Assembly (NCBI RefSeq): GCF_006345805.1
Contig: NW_021835958.1
Coordinates: 62,001 to 126,000 of the forward strand
Source of the DNA: Octopus sinensis
Taxonomy: Eukaryota
Length of the DNA: 64,000 bases
Reading direction: 5' to 3'
The notes beneath the pieces were generated by a model, which saw nothing but the letters and a program-made list of their open reading frames with translations, did no database searches and was not told where the DNA came from. Of the stretch, positions 39,127 through 50,599 are shown piece by piece. The stretch's first letter is position 1. Every line of letters starts with the position of its first letter. Made by a program: the position numbers and the translations under genes.

Positions 39127-39359
39127 TAAAGGATAAATACACTCTATTTGATATAACTAGGCAATAAATACATTTTTCTATGAAATGTGTGCATCGAGAA
39201 ATAATCAAAGTTATTGATCTTTTGCCCGAAAACTTGGCCCCTTTTCCGTATAGATTTTACTAATTCCTGTGATTGCACTGCGGTATATGTGTGTATGCGT
39301 GTGCATGTGCTTGTGTATGTGTAAATATGTGACCGGATGTGTATCTATGTATATGCGTG

Positions 39360-39550
39360 TGTGTTCCACAGAACTTGACAACCGGTACTAGTTTGTTTAC
39401 GTCACCGTAACTTAACGGTTCGACAAAAGAGTCCGCTACGATAAGTACCAAGCTTGAAATGTAAGTAATGGGCTAGATTTGTTCGGGAAAATCCCTTAAG
39501 ATCGTGCTCCAGCATGGCCGCACTTATATGACTGGAAAAAACAAGAACAT
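39360..39550 (+). mobile_element. Degenerate SINE 3' segment with the CR1-like tail
   Basis: gtttacgtcaccgtaactt...gctccagcatggccgca...gactggaaaaaacaagaa, similar to 41520-41677. Confidence 0.65.
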
Positions 39551-39809
39551 ATTTAAAATGTTTGATCATTATTAGTTGAGAACTATTAGAGAGAGTGTCA
39601 AGCTATCAATCAAGACTTCCAGTTGAAGTGATGAGGTCAGTTGGTGACTTGCTGGTCTATATTTTGTTCACTAAACTGCCAACAGTCATAGAGCTGCCTT
39701 AGAACACATTGCTAGCTAAATGAGTAACAATATCCTCCTCCTCCTCCCCTCCTCCTCCTCCTCCCCCTCCCCCTCCCCCTCCCCCTCCCCTCCCCCTCCT
39801 CCTCATCAT

Positions 39810-39992
39810 CATTGTTAGCACGCTGGACGAAATGCTTACGTTCTGTGTTCAGACTGTGCCGAGGTCGACTTTGGCTTTCATCCTTTCGGGGGTCAATAAA
39901 TTTAATACCAGTGAAACACTGGGGGTCGATGCAATTAACTTATCCCTCCCTCAAAACTGCTGCCCTTGTGGCAAAATTTGAAACCATTATCA

Positions 39993-40070
<78 letters not shown>

Positions 40071-40260
40071 ATTGCGTTAGTACGCCGGACAAAATGCTTT
40101 GTAGCAGTTCTCCCGGCATTTATGTTCTGAATTCAGACCGTGCCGAGATCGTCTTTGCTTTTCAACTTTTCGGGGTCGATGAAATAATAATCAGCTGACC
40201 GCTGGTATAGATGTAATTGACAGAGCTCCGGTCCCCTAAACGATTTCAGGCCATGCAGCA
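39810..40260 (+). mobile_element. Two SINE family B copies separated by (TAT)n(TGT)n
   Basis: Family B core at ~39810-39990 and ~40070-40260. Confidence 0.7.
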
Positions 40261-40280
40261 GCCGTAATAGTAGTAGTAGT

Positions 40281-40342
<62 letters not shown>

Positions 40343-40365
40343 ATAGTAGTAGTAGTAGAAGTAGT

Positions 40366-40409
<44 letters not shown>

Positions 40410-40762
40410 TATGTTTTCAATAGCCTTGGATACGGGTGAAGACGTAAGTAGTTGTTGTACAGGTTACAAACAAACAGATCTTCCTCATAAATCCACATGG
40501 TCTCCTGTTGTCATGGTAGCAGGAAATTAAACTTCTGGACACACATACACGGAAACACACACATACACGCACACACACACACACACACACTTATGCACAC
40601 ACATGCATTCACACGCACTTATGTGTATCTGATCTATGTGTGTGTATGTGTGTGCTGTCCCGCTCTGTTTTTGCGTTCATTCAAATTTATAGACCATATT
40701 TCGCCGTATAAGTATAAGACGAAGAAAAAATACCATACACACTTAGAGCTTCACGTGCACAC

Positions 40763-40804
<42 letters not shown>

Positions 40805-41279
40805 CGTATACAAACACATTTTCATAGCGTCACATTGTGTGTCGACAACAAACGCACATACGTATTTGTCTCCACGTACATACAACCCCACCACATGCAT
40901 TCACATATGAAAATCTACATAATCATAAACTATACATCAAAATACATACGATCTCATCGACAACAATGAATGTTGAACAGAAGCCTTTCAGGACTGCGCG
41001 TCTTACATCGATTACATGACTTAGGACTATAAGGTTAGTCGTTCCTTTACAGACCACTTAACATTCTTTTTCCGGTGTATTGACTGTCTAAAAGCATATC
41101 TGTGTGCAAATGTGTATGTGAGATGTGTATGTCTGTACGTATGTGTACACATATTTGCCTATGTATGTATACTTATATCTACACTGATATGTTAGTATTC
41201 ATTATTGTAATATTTTATATAAAACATAGGATGTCCTATTTACATGTGTCTTTGTGTCTGGGTTTGCCCCCCCAACATC

Positions 41280-41680
41280 ACCGGCGAGCTGGTAGAAACG
41301 TTAGCACGCCGGGCGAAATGCCTAGCGATATTTCGTCTGCCGTTACGTCTCGAGTTCAAATTCCGCCGAGGTCGACTTTGCTTTTCATCCTTTCGGGGTC
41401 GATAAATTAAGTACCAGTTACGCACTGGGTCGATGTAATCGACTTAATACCTATGTCTATCCTTGTTTGTCCTCTCTATGTTTAGCCTCTTGTGGGTAAT
41501 AAAGAAATAGGTATTTGTGTGTTTACGTGCCCGTAACTTAGCGGCTCGGTAAACGTGACCGATAGAATAAGTACTAGGCTTAAGAAATAAGTCCTGAGAT
41601 CGATTTGTTCGACTAAAACCCTTCAAGGCGGTGTTCCAGCAAGGCCGCAGTCAAATGAGTGAAATAAGTAAAAGATATAT
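41280..41680 (+). mobile_element. Long SINE family B copy with CR1-like 3' tail
   Basis: Family B head and core, then a tail ending ggcggtgttccagcaaggccgcagtcaaatgagtgaaataagtaaaaga. Confidence 0.88.
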
Positions 41681-41699
41681 ATATATATATATATATTTA

Positions 41700-41827
41700 T
41701 TATTATATAGAAGGAGCTTCTACAGGACTAGTACTGTTTCATTCAAGAGAAATCTTCAGGAAGCTTCCTGAAGATTTCTCTTGAATGAAACAGTACTAGT
41801 CCTGTAGAAGCTCCTTCTATATAATAA
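41700..41827. repeat. Perfect 128-bp palindrome with no spacer
   Basis: 64-bp arms centred on AAG|CTT at 41763/41764. Confidence 0.97.
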
Positions 41828-41924
41828 ATTAATTTTACTCTGCTATGTATTGAGTACCTTACTTACTGTGGTTAACCCCGGATCAACCCGGGACCTACAT
41901 ATATATATTATATATATATATATA

Positions 41925-41964
<40 letters not shown>

Positions 41965-41965
41965 T

Positions 41966-42107
41966 GAGTGGCTGTGTGGTAAGTAGCATGGTTCTTAGTT
42001 CAGTCCCACTGCGTGGCATCTTGGGCAAGTATCTTCTACTACAGCCTCGATCCAACCAAAGCCTTGTGAGCGTATTTGGTAGACGGAAACTGAAAGAAGC
42101 CGGCCGT
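41966..42107 (+). mobile_element. tRNA-derived SINE family A
   Basis: gagtggctgtgtggtaag...agttcagtcccactgcgtggc...gtagacggaaactgaaagaagcc, followed by (TATG)n. Confidence 0.85.
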
Positions 42108-42257
42108 ATGTATGTATGTATGTATGTATGTATGTATGTATGTATGTATGTATGTATGTATGTATGTATGTATGTATGTATGTATGTATAATATGTGTGT
42201 GTGTAAAAATGTATTATTTATATATATATAAGCATATATGCATATATGCGTATACAA

Positions 42258-42288
<31 letters not shown>

Positions 42289-42511
42289 CATATACATACA
42301 CATATAGATGCATACATACATACATACATACATCAATACATATATGCATATATGCGTATACAAACACACATACACATATATACATATATATATATATATA
42401 CATACATATATATATATAAATACATATATGCATATATGTATATATATACATACATATATACATATAAATACATATATGCATATATGCGTATACAAACACA
42501 CACACACACAA

Positions 42512-42585
<74 letters not shown>

Positions 42586-43317
42586 GAGCACTCCGTCGGT
42601 TACGACGACGAAGGTCCCAGCTGATACGATCAACGGAACAGCTTGCTCGTGAATTTAACGTGCAAGTGGCTGAGCACTCCACAGACACGTGTACCCTTAA
42701 CGTAGTTTTCAGTGAGTTTCAGCGTGATACAAAGTATGACAAGGCTGGCCCTTTGAAATACAGATCAAATTTTTGCTTTTGCAGTTAATATCTGCATTTG
42801 CGAAAATTGTTCATTTTTTGTTCTAATGGATTTACCCGTATGCAAAAGCAGAAATTTGATCTACTGCATTAAATGCCCGAATTGCGAGGAATTATAAATA
42901 GGCGAGACAAGGAATGCGTTATCGGAACGCTCACGAGTCCACAGACAACAAATCCGGAACACCAATTTTCGCCAAATTCCGTTGAGCAAACATATAGAGA
43001 CATGTGGTCAGAAAGTGTTTCAAAATTTTCCTTTCCACAAACTACATGAGACACGTGAGATTGGAAGAAAGATAAAAGAAAAATGGTTTATAAAAATATC
43101 CAAGGCTGTTCTGAACGGAAATACCAGCAATAATATAACAACCAGTTAATGACGTGGATTAATAGATATAAACAAGTTACAGGACGTCGGTACGCCTAGC
43201 AAATCACGTTTTTTTAAGAGCATGCGGATTGGTCAAAAAGGTTTGCTAAAAATTCAGCAGGCTGGAGCCTTCCAAGAAGTATTAAAGTTGTCAAGAACCC
43301 AACTGTCAGTTAAAAAC

Positions 43318-43365
43318 ATTTGAAATCTGATGAGTACACTATGTATGAAAGCGCTAATTAAATTT
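43318..43365 (+). ncRNA. Minimal type I hammerhead motif
   Basis: CTGATGA 43327-43333; stem II GTAC(ACTAT)GTAT; GAAA 43347-43350; self-complementary stem III AGCGCT; CUA triplet; stem I only 3 bp (AAT/ATT). Confidence 0.62.
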
Positions 43366-43418
43366 TATGAGCATTACAGCATAAGTTTTTTTTAATGTTA
43401 AATACCATAATGCAAAAC

Positions 43419-43454
43419 ATGAAAACCAGACCATGTTTTAACTTTATTCAACTG

Positions 43455-43519
<65 letters not shown>

Positions 43520-43939
43520 AGAAACAAGTTAAAAATAATGTTAACATATTTTTCCTTTATCGAAGCAAATTTGTCTTACAGCTGTTTCCAGTAATCCTTA
43601 TTGGTACATAACAGAAAAGTTTACTCTATTGGTCTATGGATCAATTGGGGTAAGTTGAACGGTCTAAGAAAATTAATGTTCCTTTTGTCAGTAGCTATTA
43701 ATGCTACTTTAGAAAGTAACGTCAATTTTCTTGAGTCGTTCAACTTTCCTTCATTAATCAATTGACCAATAAAGTAACCTTATCTGTAATGTACCAATAA
43801 TCATCACTGGAAACAGGTGTAAGCCAAATTTGCTCCAATAAAATAAAAATATGTTAACATCATTTTAAAATTCTTTCTCGTATGTATATATATATATATA
43901 TCAGTCGAATAAAGTTAAAACATGGTCCGGTTGTTTCAT
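43419..43939. repeat. Old imperfect ~520-bp palindrome (fold-back or MITE-like)
   Basis: Several mirrored blocks (e.g. 43419-43460 vs 43895-43939; ttattggtaca vs tgtaccaataa) around a central hairpin agtagc-tattaat-gctact at 43690-43708. Confidence 0.8.
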
Positions 43940-44085
43940 ATATATCACTCTGGGTAAAAAAAAAGCAGTTTGTCTGAGCCCATCCACAGATTTACAATAT
44001 ACCCGATTTTTCAACATCTCCTCGTATCACAGCTTTACGATGTTCCTCTAACTTTATTATGAATGGGCGGCATGTTTCACTTTTT

Positions 44086-44310
44086 TTATAAAATATAACA
44101 ACTGCATGGGATGGAGTACACGCAGTCTTTGGTCATATTCTCTTCTAATGGTGGTTTTACTCGAAGGAGATATTTGCGAAGTGTTGAATTACTCTTGAAT
44201 ACTGTCCTGATGTCATATGGACCGCATATCTTTTGTATCTTTTCCGAGAGGCCTTTCACATAGGGTAGACAGACTGTGGTCAATTTATGGGTTTCATCCA
44301 CTCTCCTTTC
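44086..44310 (-). mobile_element. Penelope/Poseidon-type PLE fragment (thumb to start of GIY-YIG)
   Basis: LPYVKGLSEKIQKI...IRTVFK...TLRKYL..VK......VYSIPCSC. Confidence 0.8.
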
Positions 44311-44373
44311 CTAATTGGTGTGGATAGTATGTTTTTTTTTGGGGGGGGGGGGGTTGCTTAATAGATTGTTAGC

Positions 44374-44470
44374 GTCCCCAAAGTCCATCCCCTCCTGCGT
44401 CCCCAAAGTCCATCCCCTCCTGCGTCTCCTAAGTCCATCCCCTTAGCGTCCCCAAAGTCCATCCCTCCTC
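44374..44470. repeat. Tandem ~22-25-bp repeat (about 4 copies) at the RTE 5' end
   Basis: gcgtccccaaagtccatcccct(cct) repeated. Confidence 0.9.
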
Positions 44471-45372
44471 ACCGTGGCAGGGACGCTGGCAACGAGTAGT
44501 GTCAGAGCTATGCCATCGGGAACTTCGGTTCCTGGTAGGGCCACCCAAGGCGGATTGGTCTGACACCGAGTGGTATTAGAACCACAACCCGGCTGACGGG
44601 GCTCTGGTGAAAATCTTCGGAGTATCTGTTTTGGCAACCGGCGGCTCCTCGCTCGTTCTCTCCCTGCGTCTGCGGACAAGATGCAGTTCTACGCAGATCT
44701 TCAGGCGGCGGTGGATGATGTTCCTTCCAGTGATGTTCCCATTGTTGCTGGGGACTGGAACGCTGACGATACAACACGGCACATTCTGGGACGCTTTGCC
44801 CTAGGTGCTCGCTGTGACAATGGTGAACGGCTCATGTCTTTTAAGGAGGCTAATCGTCTTATCGTCACCAACATTCGCTTTCAGCATCCACGACATCATC
44901 TCATCACGTGGCGTTCCAATGATGGGAGAACAGCCAATCAGATCGATTACATCCTGGTCAGGTCGCGGTGGGCCAGCTCGGTGATGGACTCTCGGGCGTT
45001 CCGGGGGGGGGGGGGGCTGACACGGCCTTATCGATGTCGCTGCCAAATCTTTCGCAATTCTGCTGATGAGGTTCCAGACCGTCCGTGATGTCCGTATCCG
45101 CCCTTCTCAGGGTGGTTTCCGTCCGGGAAGAGGGTGTGTCGATCAAATCTTCAACCTCCGGCGTGTTCTGGAACAACGGTGGGCGTACCAGCAGTACTTC
45201 TCTATGGCTGGGAAACGTGGCCTATGCAGGTGGTCGATCAACGAAGGCTGGAAGTCTTCGACAATGACTGCCTCCGGTGCATTCTTCGCTGCCGTCGGGT
45301 GGATCGCGTTCCCACCGCCAATCTTTGACTTCACCTGTCTCTACAGTCCCTTCCATCTGTCCTTCTGCAACT
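44470..45372 (+). mobile_element. Heavily deleted RTE-clade LINE
   Basis: APE motifs GDWNA, DNGERL, TWRSNDGRTANQIDYILV; RT GFRPGRGCVDQIFNLRRVLEQ; C-terminal LLYGWETW...RLEVFDNDCLRCIL. Confidence 0.88.
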
Positions 45373-46545
45373 AGAGTGTCAAATACTGAATTTGAGTAAG
45401 ATCTGGGGTGAGAGGTCTTCACGGATGTATACAGCAACTCCACCATGGCTACTTTCCCTTCTGTCTGTTTGCAGCATGGTATATTTTGGTACGTGTTCTG
45501 GACTCATATGAGTTTCCACAAGTGCTATGCATAGAGCTTGACTGCATGTAGCATGTTCTCTCAGGAAAGGATTTTGCTTTTGTTGTTGTGATGCAACAGA
45601 CCCCAAATATTTAGTAAAAATATTGGCGCGACGATTGTGCAGGCGTTAGGGGAGGCCATCCCGAGTCTGTTGATTTTGCTTGTCTTGCGCAGTGGGAAGG
45701 GGCAAGATTCCTTGTTTGCACTTAATGTAGCCAGGTCAGCTGCTGCACAATCTTTTGCACCATGCACAAAAAGGCGATTGGTGCCTTTCCTCGGGGAAGT
45801 ATTTCTCCTTAAGGACCCTGTAGTTTTGGAGGGTCTCAGGTGAACAAACCGGCAGTTTGTATCATCTTTCCCATGCCAACATTTGCCTTGCAGGTAAAAT
45901 TTTCAGGTCCTTGACTTCACTCCAAACTTCTTCTCCTCTTAGGTTTCGGATTCCATTGGAGCCTCTATATTTGAGTTTTCTGTTTTTTATTTGGTGCTTC
46001 GGGGTTTCGGTTTTGGTTATTTCATTTTTTTCGTTTTCCTTTTTCTCCCCTCCCTTCTTTATGTTTGTGCTCGTGTTCTTTCCTTCCCTTTCTTGTGGTA
46101 GCATTTGCATTTCTCTGAATGTCCAATGGGGTGATGGCTCCATTCTTTTGAGGGACCGCTGGCAAAGAGGGACTTTTGGTTGTTGCTTCTTCATCTTCCC
46201 TATCCTTATCAGCCTGGTTGTTCACAGGGGTGGGAGATCCATTCTTTTGAAGAACCACTGGATCAAAGAGACGTCTGGTTTTTTGTTTCGTTTTCCATAT
46301 CTTTATCAGCCTTGCCACAGTAGTTTTCCATGATGACACCAAGAGTGTCAATATGTGGTCTAATAAAGGCATAGGATCGGATGAATTCATTTTTCTTCCA
46401 TTGTATCTGGTCAATGGTTCTACAGAAGCCATTGTTCTTCAGTGCAGCAGTGATGGTGCTGTTTGGCGGATCGCCGCAAGCAATCATCCATGCTTGCAAC
46501 GGAAGATTCAACTCTTTGCTCTCCCACTTAGGTACCATCTTTGTT
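45373..46545 (-). mobile_element. CR1/L2-type LINE 5' part (degenerate Cys/His-rich ORF1 plus APE N-terminus)
   Basis: LLNIWGL...IALVETH...TDRRESSHGGVAVYIREDL; upstream CCCH-like C-x7-C-x7-C-x3-H remnants. Confidence 0.72.
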
Positions 46546-47074
46546 TTTTAAGCCCAGAGGGGGAGGAAAGGATAGAGAGGAAGTGAGAGAGACAGAGGGA
46601 GGTAGAGAGGAAGAAAGACAGAAGGGGGCAGATAAGGAAAGTGAGAGGGATATATGAAAGAAAGAGAGAGGGTGATATGAAGAAAGAGAAAGAGGGTATG
46701 GGGTGAGAGCGAGACAGAGGGAGGGAGAGGAGCGGAGGAGAAAGTGAGTCGGATTGAGGGAGAGAGATAGGAGAAAATGAAGGATGTGAGGGAAAGGGAG
46801 AGACGGAGTGAGAAGAGGGGGAAATGAGATGTATATGAGGGAGAGGGTGAGATGACAGGGGTAGAGGTAGATATAGAGAGAGACAAAGGGAGGGAGAGGG
46901 AGGTGGGAAAAGGAGGAAGATATGAAAGGAAGGGAGAGACAGAATGAGGGAGAGAGATGAGAAAAAGAGGAAGATATGTATATATATGTACATATATATA
47001 TATACATATCTTCCTCTTTTTCTCATATATATACACTCACATATATATACATATAGATACACACACATATGTAT

Positions 47075-47106
<32 letters not shown>

Positions 47107-47143
47107 ATATATATATTATATATATAATATATATATATAATAT

Positions 47144-47296
47144 ATAAATGGAGTTAAACGCAGGTGTTATTCAAATTCTTTTACTTCCGACACATGTTTC
47201 GAAGACAACATTGGTATTATTCCAAAAGAATGAAATGGTATAAAACAATGTAATCTTCTTAGGAAAAGAATAACACCTGCGTTTAACTCCATTTAT
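47144..47296. repeat. 153-bp element with perfect 29-bp terminal inverted repeats and a decayed hammerhead-like interior
   Basis: 47144-47172 is the reverse complement of 47268-47296; minus strand TTTTC-CTAA-GAAGA...TCTTC-GAAAC-ATGT-GTC-GGAAG, with the core broken. Confidence 0.75.
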
Positions 47297-47489
47297 TTAT
47301 TTATATATATTTTATGCATAATATTTCACATGAACCCGGAGTTTATACCTTTACAAACAGGGTGTTGCGTCCTCATCACTTGTATGATTTTTGCTGCCTT
47401 AGTAACTGTTGATCTATTTTTTCCATATTAATTGTAAACAAGGGAAAGTACACACATCCATTTATATATATGTATATGCTCTCTGGATG

Positions 47490-47720
47490 AGATTTCAAAC
47501 AATCATTGTCTAATAATGTTCGAATATTCCAATATCCTATATTCATAGGTTTGCATCTTAACTTGATATTACTAACAGTTAGTTGCAGGATGACGACCAG
47601 ATCCATGCTGTGGTACCCTGGGACACCTGCCGGGCCAGACCACAGAACAAAATGTTCCAGAGCCCTTTTTGCCATTTACTTCATTATCAATATGAACTGT
47701 CATTGTTTAGATTTGCCTTT
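47490..47720 (-). mobile_element. RTE-like 5' UTR and endonuclease start fragment
   Basis: KPMNIGYWNIRTLLDN matches the APE N-terminal (T/Y)WN(V/I)RTL motif. Confidence 0.6.
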
Positions 47721-48104
47721 TTGAAGCTTCGGCCGGCCATGTACATACAAAATGTCCATTTCTTTTACCTCTCCAGCAATACCTATGCTTGATACTTTTT
47801 AAAGTGAGGAAAAGTTCTGCACAGCAACCATTCCCACTCTCTAAACTACAAAGCATGATCCGAAAAGAAGAGCGGAGGAACTACAACGTAGTGAACGGCC
47901 GTTCAAGTTCGTGTGTTTATGTGTGTGTATTGTAGATACTGTATTTCTGAATGTGTGTGTACATATTATATATTGTGTGTTTAAATTGTATATATTGTAT
48001 GTCAGTCGTATTTTTAATTTTACTCAGTTTTTTTCTCAGTTTTTAATTTGTATTAATTTCTCTTATTTGAATATATATATTACTTGAATATATATATTAC
48101 TTGT

Positions 48105-48285
48105 TTCAGTCTTTTAACTTCGGCCATGCTGGTGTATGGCCTTAAACGGTTTTAGTCGAAGAAATCGACCCCATGGTTTATTCTTTGTAAGCCTAATGCT
48201 TATTCTATCGAACTGTGTTGCCGAACCGCCAGATTACGGGGGAAAAACACACCACCATCTGTTGTCAAGCAATTGTGGGAGGGGG
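48105..48285 (-). mobile_element. SINE 3' segment with CR1-like tail
   Basis: Reverse complement of the 41520-41677-type tail. Confidence 0.7.
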
Positions 48286-48366
48286 ATGAGGACAAACAGA
48301 GACACACACACATAAATACACACACATACACATAAAAACACATACACACACGCACGCACACATATA

Positions 48367-49646
48367 TCAGGTCATCCCATAGGTTCTGTCCGAACTTTGA
48401 ATAAGGAAAATAAGTGATCAAATGTTATATTTAATTGAAATTTAATCATCAATATACTTTCCCTGATTATCTGTGACTTCTTTCCATCTATTTACAAGCT
48501 TTTTAATCCCATCAATGTAAAACTATTTTGGTTTCAAAGCGAAGAACTCTGAAATGTCAGTTTCGACCTCCTCCTGGCTTGCTAAAGTTATGTTTCCCAA
48601 ATGATTCTACGAAACAAATAGTAGTCTGAAGGAGCAAGGTCGAGAGAATAAGGTTGATAAGGAATTTTTTCCCAACCAAGCTCTTCGATCTTCTGTGATG
48701 TGATCTTTACAGTGTGGAGTCGCGCATTGTCCGTATGAAACATTACTCGTTTTCGATTCACTAAAGCGGGTCTTTTTTTTCTTCAAAGCTTGGTTCAAAC
48801 GCTCTAATTACTGACAGTAGACTTGAGTATTGATTGTTGCATTAGGTGGTAACAATTAAAAGTGAATTACTCCTTTGCAATCCCACCAGATAGAGAGAAG
48901 AACCTTTTTTCCATAAAGTTCCCTTCTCGGTTGTGGTTGAGCTTTTTTCCTTTTACCAAGCCACTGTTAACGACGTTTAACATTTCGATAGAAGATCCAT
49001 TTTTCGTCACCAGTCACAAGTCTATCCAAAAAGGTTGAAATGAGTTCGCAAGAATGGAGAGAAGAGCAGATGTCAACTCGGGATTTGCGGTTGCTTTCGG
49101 ACAATTCATGAGGCACCCATTTTCCAAGTTTAGGAACCTTTCCAAGTTGTTGAAGATGACAATGTACAGTTGTATGGTTTGAACTAAGCTTTATTGCCAA
49201 TTCTTCAACTGATAATGCAGGATTTTCTTCAAGTAATGCCTCAAGGAGCTTATCATGAAACTCAACTGGACGTCCTGTTCGATCTTCATCTTCAAGGCTG
49301 AAATCTCCACTTCTGAATTTTGCAAACCATCTTCTGCAAGTTCTTTCACTCAAGCATTCTTTCCAACAAACTGAGTGTATGTTTCCAGTCGCTTCGGCTG
49401 CAGAGTTTCCTTTTTTTGTGCTCATAAAACATTATGTGCCTTAAATGCTCTTTGGATACTTCCATGTTAGAAAGGATTTTAATCAAAGAAATTTTAATTC
49501 TATTACTCTGTAAAATAATATTCAGTTTAAATGTACACAAATGCATAAAAATAATTTTTAATTCCATTATACATTCTAAAATACCATTAAATTTCATTCA
49601 ATTTTAAAAAAAGGTAAAATCGGACAGAACTTATGGGATGACCTGA
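48367..49646 (-). mobile_element. Full-length mariner (DD34D) with degenerate transposase (~48442-49465)
   Basis: TIRs tcaggtcatcccata[g/a]gttctgtccga; TA at 48365-48366 and 49647-49648; 1280 bp; KWVPHEL, TGDEKW, DNARLH and DLAPSDY motifs; several stops. Confidence 0.95.
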
Positions 49647-49651
49647 TACAA

Positions 49652-49805
49652 CAGTCTTCTTTCAGTTTTCGTCCACCAAATCCACTCACAAGGCTTTGGT
49701 CGACCCGACGATATAGCAGAAGAAACTTGCCCAAGGTATCACACAGTGGGAAGGAAACCGGAACAAAGTGATTTGGAAGCAAGCTGTTACCACACAGCCA
49801 CGCCT
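49652..49805 (-). mobile_element. tRNA-derived SINE family A
   Basis: Reverse complement of the 41966-42107 type. Confidence 0.8.
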
Positions 49806-49899
49806 ACAAAGTTAAAAAACAGAAAATGAATAAGTAATCAGAAATAAGTAAATGTAAAAGAGTTATCCCCCTTAGACCTTAGATTATATGGAAAAATAG

Positions 49900-50280
49900 T
49901 GACTACTTAATCTGGTATAGACGGAATTTTCCATTTCTTCAAAAGGAACTTCGGCATATGTTTACAACTGTTGGAAATTTCACGCCTAAAGTTCAGTAGT
50001 GAGTTAGAGATCTGAGATTTGAAAAGGATCTTTCAGCTATAACATAAGGTTTGGGTTTTCCGATTATTTTCCAATGTGGTGTTGCTTTAGATTTCAAGCT
50101 CCTTACATGGCTAGTCAACTTCGTAGCTTTGCTTTTGTCCTTATATCGAAGTTCTTTTTGAAGGATTTGAAAATTCCGCTTATACACGATTATTTGGTCA
50201 CTATTTTCCCAACCATTTAATTTAAGGTCTAGGGGCGATTCCTCTTTTACCTTTTCAATTATTTTTGACACATGTATTGT
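49900..50280 (-). mobile_element. PLE GIY-YIG C-terminal fragment
   Basis: ATKLTSHVRSLK..TPHWKIIGKPKPY resembles the T.LS.HIW.LK...W.I...Y region of C-terminal-EN PLEs. Confidence 0.65.
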
Positions 50281-50599
50281 GTCTATTGTGTCTATTAAAC
50301 AATATATATATATATATAATCAGTAAATCATAAATCCGAAAAAAAAACACACTCTAATTTATAGAGCAGTTGAGTGTATAGATAAAGACAGATCCGGCCG
50401 GTCTATAAAGTTGTCCGGAGTTTCACGTCCATAAATCTCTTGGCCTTACAGCATTTCTTCAGATCCCAAGCCTGTTGGCCTATGACCTCGCTAGCAAATG
50501 GTCTCTCCAGAAAAAAAGACTAGGAAAAGATGTTGTTACTATTTGTTAACTACAAGGATTATTTCCCTTTGACCGCTATCCGTAACTGATCCTGTTAGC

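Noticed and set aside
39730-39805. (CCT)n/(CCCCCT)n tract with G-quadruplex potential on the minus strand
   Set aside because: An ordinary simple repeat with no supporting context
44505-44600. GGAAC-TTCG-GTTCC tetraloop hairpin in the RTE 5' UTR as a possible HDV-like ribozyme P4
   Set aside because: I could not assign P1/P2/P3/P1.1 or the catalytic C by eye; it needs a descriptor search
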